64,000 nt of DNA, taken from an uncultured Clostridium sp. GTDB taxonomy: Bacteria > Bacillota > Clostridia > TANB77 > CAG-465. Where the stretch lies: positions 45,995 to 109,994 of the forward strand of contig USES01000001.1 of the NCBI GenBank assembly GCA_900553785.1, read 5' to 3'. Of the stretch, positions 19,590 through 29,600 are shown piece after piece. The position numbers and the translations under genes are program-made. Under the pieces are notes generated by a model. It was not told the DNA's origin. It searched no databases and worked only from the letters and a program-made list of their open reading frames with translations. Each line of letters starts with the position of its first letter. Within the stretch, counting starts at the first letter, position 1.

Positions 19590-20540
19590 ATGAAAAAAAC
19601 AGAGTTTGATGATGTTCCTGTTATAATGCAAGATTTTTTGAAAAATTACTTAACTGTTGCTAAAGGTCGTTCAGATTTAACTGTTAGCGAATATTATTAT
19701 GACTTAAGAGACATATTTAAGTTTATAAAGCGAGATAAATTTAATATTAAAGTTGATGATTACAAAGAAATAAATATTTCAGATTTAGATATGGATTTTT
19801 TTAAATCTATAACTACGGATGAACTTTACGAATATTTGTTCGCACATTCAAATAAAGCCGTTTCAAGGGCCAGAAAAATTTCATCAATGAAAACTTTTTT
19901 TAATTATTTATGCAATATAAAAAAAATAATAGATAAAAATCCTTGCATAGGATTAGAAGGACCAAAATTAGAAAGTAGATTACCAAAATATTTACAATTA
20001 GATGAGGCCCTCTCTCTCCTACACTCAGTTGACGGAGAATTTAAAGAGCGTGACACAGCGATCCTTACTATATTCTTAAATTGCGGTCTGCGTTTATCTG
20101 AATTAGTAAATATTAACTTATGTGATATTAAAAATAACACACTTACTATTATAGGTAAAGGAAATAAAGAGCGTAGCATATATCTTAATGAGGCTTGTCA
20201 GAAAGCAATAAAAGAATATATGCTTGTAAGACCAATAGATAATGTTAAAGATAAAAATGCTTTGTTTTTAAGTAAGCAAAACAGAAGGATTAGTCCAAGA
20301 ATGGTAGAGTTGCTTGTTAAGAAATATATTCAACTTGCAGGTTTAGATACTAGAAAGTATACCCCTCATAAACTAAGACATACAGCAGCTACTCTTATGC
20401 ATAAATATGGTAACGTAGATGTTTTAACATTGCAACAAATTTTGGGGCACGAAAGTATAGCTACAACTCAAATATATACTCACATAGATCGTGAAGATGT
20501 AAAGCAAGCACTTGAAAGTAATCCACTGAACAAAATATAG
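19590..20540 (+). CDS. Tyrosine site-specific recombinase, XerC/XerD-like
   Basis: An N-terminal core-binding domain. The C-terminal catalytic region carries HKLRHTAAT...LGHESIATTQIYTHI (R..H..R..Y). A GGAGG RBS precedes the ATG at 19590. Confidence 0.85.
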   Translation: MKKTEFDDVPVIMQDFLKNYLTVAKGRSDLTVSEYYYDLRDIFKFIKRDKFNIKVDDYKEINISDLDMDFFKSITTDELYEYLFAHSNKAVSRARKISSMKTFFNYLCNIKKIIDKNPCIGLEGPKLESRLPKYLQLDEALSLLHSVDGEFKERDTAILTIFLNCGLRLSELVNINLCDIKNNTLTIIGKGNKERSIYLNEACQKAIKEYMLVRPIDNVKDKNALFLSKQNRRISPRMVELLVKKYIQLAGLDTRKYTPHKLRHTAATLMHKYGNVDVLTLQQILGHESIATTQIYTHIDREDVKQALESNPLNKI

Positions 20541-20547
20541 CTGATTT

Positions 20548-20576
20548 TAGCCATGTAATTACATGGCTAATTTTCG
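20548..20576 (+). terminator. Rho-independent terminator after xer
   Basis: Perfect palindrome TTAGCCATGTAATTACATGGCTAA followed by TTTTCG. Confidence 0.65.
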
Positions 20577-20582
20577 AAAAAC

Positions 20583-20615
20583 GTCTTAAAATCGATTCTA
20601 GAGCGCCGTTTTTTG
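20583..20615 (+). repeat. Direct repeat copy 2 (GTCTTAAAATCGATTCTAGAGCGCCGTTTTTT)
   Basis: It matches 19548-19579 with ~2 mismatches. The flanking AAAA(g/c) is also shared. Confidence 0.8.
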
Positions 20616-20669
20616 TAAAAAATAAGATAGGCACTGCAAAAATGCCATATCTTCATTTTTTACTAATTT

Positions 20670-20951
20670 TTAGTATATAGGTACTAATATTGTTTGTCCA
20701 ACATATATATCTGCACTAGACATATTATTTATTTCTTGTATATCATATATAATATGATCTATATTTTTGTTATTCTCGTCTAACATATCACTTGCAATAG
20801 ACCATAATGTTTCACCACGCATAACAACAATTTCTTTTGTTGCAAACTCTTTCTTTGCAAATAAACTATTGAATATAAAATGTAACAGTACAATAAATAG
20901 GAATAAAATAAGAATATTCTTTAATAATAATTTTAAACTACATTTTTTCAT
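20670..20951 (-). CDS. Small membrane-anchored LysM-domain protein (YneA-like architecture)
   Basis: 93 aa. An N-terminal TM helix then a LysM motif (GETLWSIA...YVGQTILVP). Confidence 0.6.
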   Translation of the reverse strand: MKKCSLKLLLKNILILFLFIVLLHFIFNSLFAKKEFATKEIVVMRGETLWSIASDMLDENNKNIDHIIYDIQEINNMSSADIYVGQTILVPIY

Positions 20952-21061
20952 ATATAATCACCTCAAGAACTATTGTTCTATATATGTATTATACAAAAGG
21001 TACATATGTTTGTCAATACTATTTTTAAATATTTTCGAATATTTGTTCTTTTTGCTGCTAT

Positions 21062-21089
21062 AAAAAGCGGGACAAGTTTGTTTGCCCCG
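21062..21089 (-). terminator. Rho-independent terminator after clpX
   Basis: A CGGGGCAA..UUGUCCCG hairpin followed by a U tract on the minus strand. Confidence 0.55.
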
Positions 21090-21099
21090 ATAATTTACT

Positions 21100-22365
21100 T
21101 TAAGCGTATTCGTAAATAGGTCCTATTTCTTTTGTAACAACCTCTTTAGTAATAATACACCTTTTAATATTTTTGTTTGATGGAATGTTGTACATAGGTT
21201 CAAGCATTATATCTTCCATTATAGAACGTAAGCCTCTTGCTCCTGTTTTTCTTTCTATTGCTAAATCTACGATAGCCTCAATTGCATCTTTTCTAATATC
21301 TATATCACAATTATCCATCTTAAGTAGTTTTTTATATTGCTTAATAATTGCGTTTTTAGGTTTTGTTAAAATATCCATAAGAGCAGCTTTGTCTAATTGT
21401 CCCAACGAAGTTATAATTGGAAGCCTTCCTATAAGTTCAGGTATTAAACCAAATTTAATAAGGTCATTTGGTAACACATGAGAGAATAGAGTAGCATAAT
21501 CTATGTCTTTTTTATCCTCAATTTTAGCTCCAAATCCCATAGATTTTTCACCAATTCTTGCTTCAATTATCTTATCTAGTCCCTCAAAAGCTCCTCCACA
21601 GATGAATAGAATATTAGATGTATCTATCTTAATAAATTCTTGTTGAGGATGTTTTCTTCCTCCTTGAGGTGGTACATTTGCAACAGTTCCCTCTATTATT
21701 TTAAGAAGTGCTTGTTGAACGCCCTCGCCACTAACATCACGAGTTATAGATGGATTTTCAGACTTCCTTGTAATTTTATCTAATTCATCTATATATATGA
21801 TACCTTTTTCAGCACGTGATACATCATAATCTGCAGCTTGTATAAGTCTTAATAAAATGTTTTCAACGTCTTCGCCAACATAACCTGCTTCTGTAAGGGT
21901 TGTTGCATCTGCAATAGCAAAAGGTACTCTTAAAATCTTGGCTAATGTTTGAGCAAGAAGTGTTTTACCACATCCAGTCGGTCCTAATAGCAATATATTA
22001 CTCTTATTAATTTCAACACCATCAATTTTATCTAAGTTTCTAATTCTTTTATAATGGTTATATACTGCAACAGACAATACTTTTTTTGCTGCGTCTTGGC
22101 CTATTACATATTCGTCTAGTATCTTTTTAATTTGTTCTGGAGTAGGAAGTTCAGTATTTTCTATAACTTCTTTATTGGCCATAACATTTGCTGCATCTTC
22201 GCTATCCATTATGTCTTCCAATATTAGTCTATTACATATATCTATACAGTCATCACATATATATATACCATTTGGACCAGCAATTATTTTTCCTACTTCG
22301 TCTTTATACCTGCCACAAAATGAGCAAAATATATCTTTGTTATTGCTGCTTGTTCTTTTTGGCAT
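21100..22365 (-). CDS. clpX: ATP-dependent Clp protease ATP-binding subunit ClpX
   Basis: An N-terminal zinc finger (CSFCGR...CDDC) and a Walker A GPTGCGKT. Confidence 0.95.
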   Translation of the reverse strand: MPKRTSSNNKDIFCSFCGRYKDEVGKIIAGPNGIYICDDCIDICNRLILEDIMDSEDAANVMANKEVIENTELPTPEQIKKILDEYVIGQDAAKKVLSVAVYNHYKRIRNLDKIDGVEINKSNILLLGPTGCGKTLLAQTLAKILRVPFAIADATTLTEAGYVGEDVENILLRLIQAADYDVSRAEKGIIYIDELDKITRKSENPSITRDVSGEGVQQALLKIIEGTVANVPPQGGRKHPQQEFIKIDTSNILFICGGAFEGLDKIIEARIGEKSMGFGAKIEDKKDIDYATLFSHVLPNDLIKFGLIPELIGRLPIITSLGQLDKAALMDILTKPKNAIIKQYKKLLKMDNCDIDIRKDAIEAIVDLAIERKTGARGLRSIMEDIMLEPMYNIPSNKNIKRCIITKEVVTKEIGPIYEYA

Positions 22366-22386
22366 TATTTTGCCTCCCTCTCTTTG

Positions 22387-22983
22387 TTACAACTCGTTAA
22401 TACTATTCATTACTTCGTCTATTAAACCGTATTCTTTAGCTTCTGCTGCAGACAAGAAATTATCTCTATCTGTATCTTTTTCAACTTGCTCTAATGGTTT
22501 ACCTGTATTTTCACTAAGTATCTTATTTAACTTTTCTTTTATTTTTAGTAAATATTCTGTATGTATTTTAATGTCACTTGCTTGACCTTGAACACCACCT
22601 AAAGGTTGATGTATCATTATTGTACTATTAGGTAAAGCAAATCTTTTACCTTTTTTACCTGAAGAAAGTAAAAATGCACCCATACTAGCAGCCATACCTA
22701 TACAAATCGTACATACATCAGATTTAATGTACTTCATAGTATCATATATTGCCATTCCTGCTGTTACACTTCCTCCTGGACTATTTATATACAAATGAAT
22801 ATCTTTACCTGGATCTTCAGCATCCAAGAAAAGTAATTGTGCTACTACAAGAGACGCACTTACATCATTTACTTCCTCACTTAAAAATATAATTCTTTCT
22901 TTTAATAATCTTGAATAAATATCATAAGATCTTTCACCTTTACTCGTTTGTTCTACAACTACTGGTACTAAACTATTGTTCAT
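22387..22983 (-). CDS. clpP: ATP-dependent Clp protease proteolytic subunit ClpP
   Basis: ERIIFL, GMAASMG and IMIHQP motifs. Confidence 0.95.
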   Translation of the reverse strand: MNNSLVPVVVEQTSKGERSYDIYSRLLKERIIFLSEEVNDVSASLVVAQLLFLDAEDPGKDIHLYINSPGGSVTAGMAIYDTMKYIKSDVCTICIGMAASMGAFLLSSGKKGKRFALPNSTIMIHQPLGGVQGQASDIKIHTEYLLKIKEKLNKILSENTGKPLEQVEKDTDRDNFLSAAEAKEYGLIDEVMNSINEL

Positions 22984-23099
22984 AAAAAACCTCCTAACAC
23001 TTGGTATTATATAATAACTTATATGAAAAATAAAGAGGAAAGAATAGAATTTGCCACAAAAATACCATTTATTACAAATTCAATTCATCCCCCAAAGAA

Positions 23100-24377
23100 T
23101 TATTTTTCTATTGCACTATCTACTAATACTTTGATAGCTTTTTCTTGTTTTAATTGAGCTGTTAAATAGTGAGCAACATTAGGATTATGTTTAAAGCTTT
23201 CTGCATCTTTTCCATACATACTTGCTAATTCTTCAATTTTAGCATTTACATCTTCGTCTGTTACTTCTACTTTCTCAGCATTTATTACATATTCAATTGC
23301 TAAATTCATTTTTATGCTTCTTATAGCATTATCTCTAAATTGTGCTTTGATATCATCAATAGACATATTTAACATTTCTAAATATTTGTCTAAAGTTAGT
23401 CCTTGATAAGCAAGATTTTGTTCAAAATCACCTATCATGTGTTCAATTTCATGGTCTACCATTGGTTCAGGAAGTGTTACTTCAACTTGTTCAATAAGTT
23501 TTTCCATTACTTTTGTCTCTTTTTCAGCTTTAGCTTGAGCTTCTTTAGTAGACTTTAATTTTTCTTTTAAGTCTGCTTTGTATTCGTCTAAAGTATTGAA
23601 TTCAGATACATCTTTTGCAAATTCATCATCTACAGTTGGAAGTTCTCTTTTCTTTACTTCATGTAATTTAATTTTAAATACAGTAGGTTTTCCAGCTAAA
23701 TCATGATTTCCGTAATTTTCTGGGAAAGTTACATTAATATCTTTTTCTTCTCCTGATTTCATTCCAATGATTTGCTCTTCAAAACCTGGAATAAATGAAT
23801 GGCTTCCTATTGATAGTTCATATTTTTCAGCTTTTCCACCTTCAAATGCAACACCATCTAAAAAGCCTTCAAAATCTATTACTGCGATATCTCCATCTTC
23901 TACAGCACCGTCTTTTGTAACGATTCTTGCATTTTTATCTTGGATATGTACAAGTTCATGTTCAACATCTGCATCTGTAACTTCAGTTTCTACTTTTTCT
24001 ATTTCAAGACCTTTATATTTTTTTAGTTCAATTTCAGGTTTTACATATACAACTATTTTATATTCAAGATCTTTATCTTTACCAATAGATTTTATATCTA
24101 CTTCTGGGTGAGAAACAACTTCAAGCTTATTTTCCATAATTGCTTTAGCATACTCTTCATCTGCAACTATGTTAAATGCTTCATCATACATTACACCTTC
24201 ACCGTACATTTTTTCTACAACGTTTCTTGGAACTTTACCATTTCTAAAACCAGCTATTTTAAATTTGCTAGCATTTTTCTTAAAAGCCTCGTCTAGAGCT
24301 TCGTTGAATCTTTCTTTAGATACTACAAACTCTAATTCTACTTTTGAATTTTCTTTTCTTGTTACTTTTACGCTCAT
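23100..24377 (-). CDS. tig: Trigger factor
   Basis: 425 aa. Typical tig architecture with an FKBP-like middle domain. It sits upstream of clpP as in many Firmicutes. Confidence 0.9.
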   Translation of the reverse strand: MSVKVTRKENSKVELEFVVSKERFNEALDEAFKKNASKFKIAGFRNGKVPRNVVEKMYGEGVMYDEAFNIVADEEYAKAIMENKLEVVSHPEVDIKSIGKDKDLEYKIVVYVKPEIELKKYKGLEIEKVETEVTDADVEHELVHIQDKNARIVTKDGAVEDGDIAVIDFEGFLDGVAFEGGKAEKYELSIGSHSFIPGFEEQIIGMKSGEEKDINVTFPENYGNHDLAGKPTVFKIKLHEVKKRELPTVDDEFAKDVSEFNTLDEYKADLKEKLKSTKEAQAKAEKETKVMEKLIEQVEVTLPEPMVDHEIEHMIGDFEQNLAYQGLTLDKYLEMLNMSIDDIKAQFRDNAIRSIKMNLAIEYVINAEKVEVTDEDVNAKIEELASMYGKDAESFKHNPNVAHYLTAQLKQEKAIKVLVDSAIEK

Positions 24378-24482
24378 ATTTTATTCTCCTTTACTACATA
24401 AGTACCAAATAATTATACCACAAATTTCGCAGTTTACAAGTCTTTTAACACTTCTATGGGAAAATATAAGAAGAGTAAATAA

Positions 24483-26639
24483 TTACTCTTCTGTCTTAAC
24501 TGTTTTTTTCTTTGTACTACGTACTTTTTTTGGTGTGTCCTGTGTTTCGTCAACTACTTCCTTTTTCTTTCTTGCTCTAGTCTTTTTAACTGTTATATCT
24601 TCTTGTCCCTCTTTAAAGTTATCTTCTATTACTTTATACATCCATGCCGCAGAACCGGTATACCAAGTCCAACCACCACGGCCAACATGTTCTGGATTAG
24701 CATAAACATCAGCTGCAACAACATATGGCTCTACCATATATATATCTGCTTTTTCTTTGTTATCTGAATGGTTAATTGGATTTATGATGTTTAATATATC
24801 CATTGCCTTATTATTTTCGCCTATTTCAAAATACGCCTTTGCGAGCCATATAGCAGCATGAGTATATTGTCCTCCATTTTCTCTAACACCAGGAACATAC
24901 GCTTTGATATAGCCTGGGTTATGTTTTGGCTTATCAAAAGGAGGATAAAGTAGTTTTACAATATTATGTGTTCTATCTACCAAATATTTTTCAGCATTTT
25001 CCAGAGCTGATTTAATTTCATTTTTGCAATCAGGATAATCCTTTAAAGCAATTGCTGCCCATACTTGAGGGATAAGGTCAATCTTGCATTCATCACAAGA
25101 TTTATCTCCTAATGCTGTGCCATCTGCATAATATGCACGAATAAAATACTCATCATTATATCCATTTTCGAATATAGCTTGTTTTAATATATGCCTTTCA
25201 CTTAAAAAATGCATTTTGCTTACATCATCGCCTCTATATTCAGCTATTCTTGAAAACCTATTTAGAATGTCCATCATAAACAATGTAAGCCATACAGATT
25301 CACCTCTTATATTGCTATAACCATCGCACCAATCTCCGTCACCAATATCTAGAAGACCATGTTTACCTTTTCTAGAAAGTCCATAGTTTATGGCACGAAC
25401 GGCATGCTCATAAACAGTTGCCTCTGTATCAATTGGCTTAAATACATCATATATTTCTCTTCTATTTTCCAAAGGTTTATCTTCCAAGAACTTAGTTTTT
25501 TCATTTAATATAGTCATATCTTCAGTCTTTTCTACATATTCACTTAATGTATATGGTAGCCAAAGATAATCGTCACTAAACAAAGTTCTTATTCCTGCGC
25601 CATTATGTTCATGCCACCAGTGAAGAACATCTCCTTGCTCAAATTGTTTAGAACTGTGTTTTATAATTTGAGCCTTTGTAAACTCTGGCCAGGTTTTAAT
25701 TAGTGCCAACGAATCTTGTAATTGATCACGAAATCCGTATGCGCCTCCTGCTTGATACAAAGCAGTTCTTGCAAAGAGTCTACATGCAATACATTGATAT
25801 AACAACCAACCATTGGCCATTATATCTAAATTTCTATCACCAGTTTTAAAATTTTTAATAACTAATTTTCTCCAATATTCTTTTGTATTATCATATTCAG
25901 CTAATACATTTTTTTCATTACTATACTTAGCTATAATCTCATTTAGTTTGTCTATTCCTTCTTCAGTTGCTCCTAAAAATATAGCAGCATGTCTTGTAGA
26001 ATTAGATTTTACAATAACTCTAAGTCGTAATATGCTATTTTCTTCATCATATTCAACTGTAGATTTATCTGGTTCTCCATAAATTATTCCTTTAGCATAC
26101 ACTAAAACATTGTTAAAATACTCACTGTATGGGTTTTTGAAAAGTAATGTATTATTATCTATTTTAGAAACTATATATCTTGATGCCATTTCTTTTGCAT
26201 TGCCTAACACCATATCCAGTTTATATTCAATTACAATTTCCTTATCTAATGCTCTGTTATTTGTAAGGGTGATATATTGAATTTTTAGGTCATCATTAAC
26301 TGGAACAAATATATCCATGTTTCTTTCTATATTGTTGTTTTCGCCTGTAACTTTAGCATAGCCGAATCCATACGTTAAATTATATCCTGCATCAAAAACA
26401 CCTTTAAATTCTTCGCCTGGGGTAAACATTGCCCAATCATTGCACCAAGACGTTATTTTGAATTCACTTGCATTTTTGTAAAAAGAGTATACTGTACCAT
26501 ATGAAGAAATAACTGTGCCAAATCTTGAATTGCTAAGTACATTGCACCAAGGTACAGGAGTCTGAGTATTAAATATCTCATACTCATCTCCTGATTTATT
26601 AAAACAACCATAATTATTAAATGCGTCTGTATTTTTCAT
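24483..26639 (-). CDS. GH94-type glucan phosphorylase module, the C-terminal part of a split cyclic beta-1,2-glucan synthase
   Basis: The N-terminus (YEIFNTQTPVPWCNVLSNSRFGTVISSYGTVYSFY) resembles the start of GH94 phosphorylases. GGAYGFRDQLQD and GDGDWCDG resemble GH94 catalytic motifs. It has a basic C-terminal tail. Confidence 0.7.
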   Translation of the reverse strand: MKNTDAFNNYGCFNKSGDEYEIFNTQTPVPWCNVLSNSRFGTVISSYGTVYSFYKNASEFKITSWCNDWAMFTPGEEFKGVFDAGYNLTYGFGYAKVTGENNNIERNMDIFVPVNDDLKIQYITLTNNRALDKEIVIEYKLDMVLGNAKEMASRYIVSKIDNNTLLFKNPYSEYFNNVLVYAKGIIYGEPDKSTVEYDEENSILRLRVIVKSNSTRHAAIFLGATEEGIDKLNEIIAKYSNEKNVLAEYDNTKEYWRKLVIKNFKTGDRNLDIMANGWLLYQCIACRLFARTALYQAGGAYGFRDQLQDSLALIKTWPEFTKAQIIKHSSKQFEQGDVLHWWHEHNGAGIRTLFSDDYLWLPYTLSEYVEKTEDMTILNEKTKFLEDKPLENRREIYDVFKPIDTEATVYEHAVRAINYGLSRKGKHGLLDIGDGDWCDGYSNIRGESVWLTLFMMDILNRFSRIAEYRGDDVSKMHFLSERHILKQAIFENGYNDEYFIRAYYADGTALGDKSCDECKIDLIPQVWAAIALKDYPDCKNEIKSALENAEKYLVDRTHNIVKLLYPPFDKPKHNPGYIKAYVPGVRENGGQYTHAAIWLAKAYFEIGENNKAMDILNIINPINHSDNKEKADIYMVEPYVVAADVYANPEHVGRGGWTWYTGSAAWMYKVIEDNFKEGQEDITVKKTRARKKKEVVDETQDTPKKVRSTKKKTVKTEE

Positions 26640-26649
26640 TTAATTCACC

Positions 26650-29600
26650 TCATGCATTATCTACATTTTTATCTTTATTATTTTCATTTTTATATATGCC
26701 ATCCCTAAAGATTGAAATGTTATCTATATTAAACCTTGATACAAAGTTAAATAAGTCTTTTTCGTTATCATTTAACGTTTCTAGATTTACAACATAAATA
26801 TTTCCTCTAGTATATGTAGTGTAAACTACTCTAGATAATATTTCTTCTATATGTGTTTTTATAGGTTCACCACTATATAGTTCTTCATTTACAGTCAGTA
26901 CTACATCTAAATCTAATTTTCTAGACTTAACATAGTCCATAAATGATATTACCTCTTTAACCATGCTTGAATCTTCAATTCTTCCTATTCTTACTGTAAT
27001 TATTGGTAGATCTCCAGATATACCAAATCTCCACAACATAGATTGACTATATTTTTTGTCCCAGAACAAATCATTATTCTTATGACGTTCTTTAAATAAA
27101 GTTTCTGCTACTATATAATTATATATTTTTGCTTTTCCTTCTTTAAGTTTTAAATATTTTGCTAAGATGTTTTCTTTTTGATCTGCAAAGCTAACTTGTT
27201 TATCTAGTGTAGCTTTTTCAGCATTTACTATAGCATGTGTTATATCATATTTTCTATCTGCTGCACCTACTATATAGTAGAATGTCTGAGTTTCACTAGG
27301 ATCTAGGAATATATGTGCTTTATGTGCCATTACAGGCCATAAAGGATATTTTACAAATACACCATCAAAAGCATCTTTTCCATCATTTTGAGTAAGTTTA
27401 ATTTTTTCAGTTTCGACCTCAGACTCAATATCTATTCCAACAAGTTTACTGTACACGTAGAAATCTGCATTATTTGCATCATTTGTTCTTGAACGTTTCG
27501 TTGCTATAAGTGTTTTTAAGTCTTCATCGTATTCTTCCTCTATAAGCAAACTATTGAATGCTGGATGAATAATGTTTGCCGCATCGTTTGCCATTGCAAG
27601 TTCAAGTTCTGTGTTGATTACTATTTCACGTCTAATATCTGAAGAGTTAAATAATGTAACTTTTCTTATTTCCATGTTATATTCAGGAGCTATTGTTACT
27701 TCGGTAGTTGTTTCTATTGCACCATCTCGTCTTGTATACCTTGTACTTGAAAGTGAAGCAGCATAAGAATAACTGTCTGGCGTATTATAGTTAGGCATTA
27801 AAGTTGATGACCATATTTTACCATTAGTTCTATCTGTAAATACTATTGTATTTCCAAGTGAGTTTTGCTCTAAGAATCTATTTTTAGTTATAGCATTACC
27901 ATTATAATATATATAATTTCTGCCATTATATAGTAAAATCTCATTTAGTCTACCATTTGTATGCATAGACATAGTTAGTTCTTTATTATCATTTTCAGTT
28001 TCTAGGCTTTCGTAAGACACAAAGCTTGTGAACATTTCTCTTACAGGCTCTTTATATGTATTTTCCTTAGATTTACTACTTTCAGTTAACATTACAGTAA
28101 GAGGAACACGCTCTTTTAGCAATATGTCTGCAGCATCTATATTAGGATTAGAATGAAATCTTTCTTTTATTATTTCATTATTGATATAGTTGTTGATTGC
28201 TGTAAGAATCATACCTTGGTGATGAGCCATGTATGTTTTTACTACTTCATACTTTTTATCCTTAGAAATGTGAGCTTTTGTAAAATCTATTGCCTCATAA
28301 AAGCCATATGTAGCATATGAATTATATTTCTTTAAGTTACGTATATTACTATAAACTTTTTTTGGTGAATAGTTTAAACATAAAAGTGAAGAATATGGAG
28401 ATACAACCATATTATCATTAAGTCCTCTTTTAAGTCCAAGCCATGGAATACCAAAAGCTTTATATTGATAATTTTGTTCGTTATCTTGGACTGCAAATGC
28501 AGATTCAGATACTCCCCAAGGTACACCCGCACTTTTTGCATATTTAATTTGACTATCCATGGCAAAAGATAAAGCTTCGTCTATCAATGTATAATTATAT
28601 GTTTTTGTAAACAAATTAGGCATAAAATATTCAAATGAGGTTCCACTCCATGAAAGTAATCCTTTCATTCCATCTACTTTTACTAGATTTCTCGCAAGTG
28701 TAAACCAGTGCTTTGATGTTACATTAGATACAGCTATTGCAATTAAGCTAGTAAGTCTAGATTCGCTCATAAGCATATCATAATAACTATCAACTAATTT
28801 AGCATTCTCAACATCATATCCTATTGAAAATATGTTTCTGGACTGAACGTAAAGTAATGAGAAATCTGTGTTTTTCATTATGTCTTCGCAAACACTCTTT
28901 AAATTCAACATTTTAGTTCTTAAACTATCAATTACCACTTTTGTATTGATTAACGTATCTAAAAATTGGTTTACAATATAAATACTTGCAACAAAATTTC
29001 CACTATCAACGGTAGAAACAAACCTAGGTTTTAAAGGTTCTAAAGTAACTATATTATACCAGTTATATAAATGACCATGCCACTTTTCAAGTTTAGTTAT
29101 AGAGTTCAGAGACTTGTCTAATTTATCTATAGCAGCATCTAATGTAATATAATCTAAATCATAAGCATCAATTATTGCAAGTAATCCAAATCCTATATTT
29201 GTAGAAGAGGTTCTATTAACAAGTTTTGGTCTTCTATTTTCTTGGAAGTTATCCGGTGGCAAATAATTGTTTGTTTCGTTCATAAAAGTATCAAAATACT
29301 TCCATGTACGCTGGCCAATTTCTTTAATTTCTTTTTTCTCTTTATCTGTTAGTTTATTTTTTCCATCAAATATAACCTTTTTGCTCATTATATAAGCAGC
29401 GTATGGCGCAATTAGCATGAATGTACCTATTACAAGCATTAAAATATTATTAGAGTTGTTTAGCCCAAGTATAATACTAAGAGCCATAAAGAATATTGCA
29501 AGTACAACGTTTGACCACATATTTTTATATACATAGCCAAGTTTTTCCTTGGCGCTTTTTTCAATAGTTTCTGCCGTAGCCCATTCCAATAGTTTTTTCT

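Noticed and set aside
26637-26652. Programmed TGA readthrough or selenocysteine joining the two Cgs ORFs
   Set aside because: The downstream ORF is in a different frame, offset by 13 nt. Readthrough therefore cannot fuse them. Only a frameshift or separate initiation can, and a GAGGTG RBS with a correctly spaced ATG supports separate initiation.
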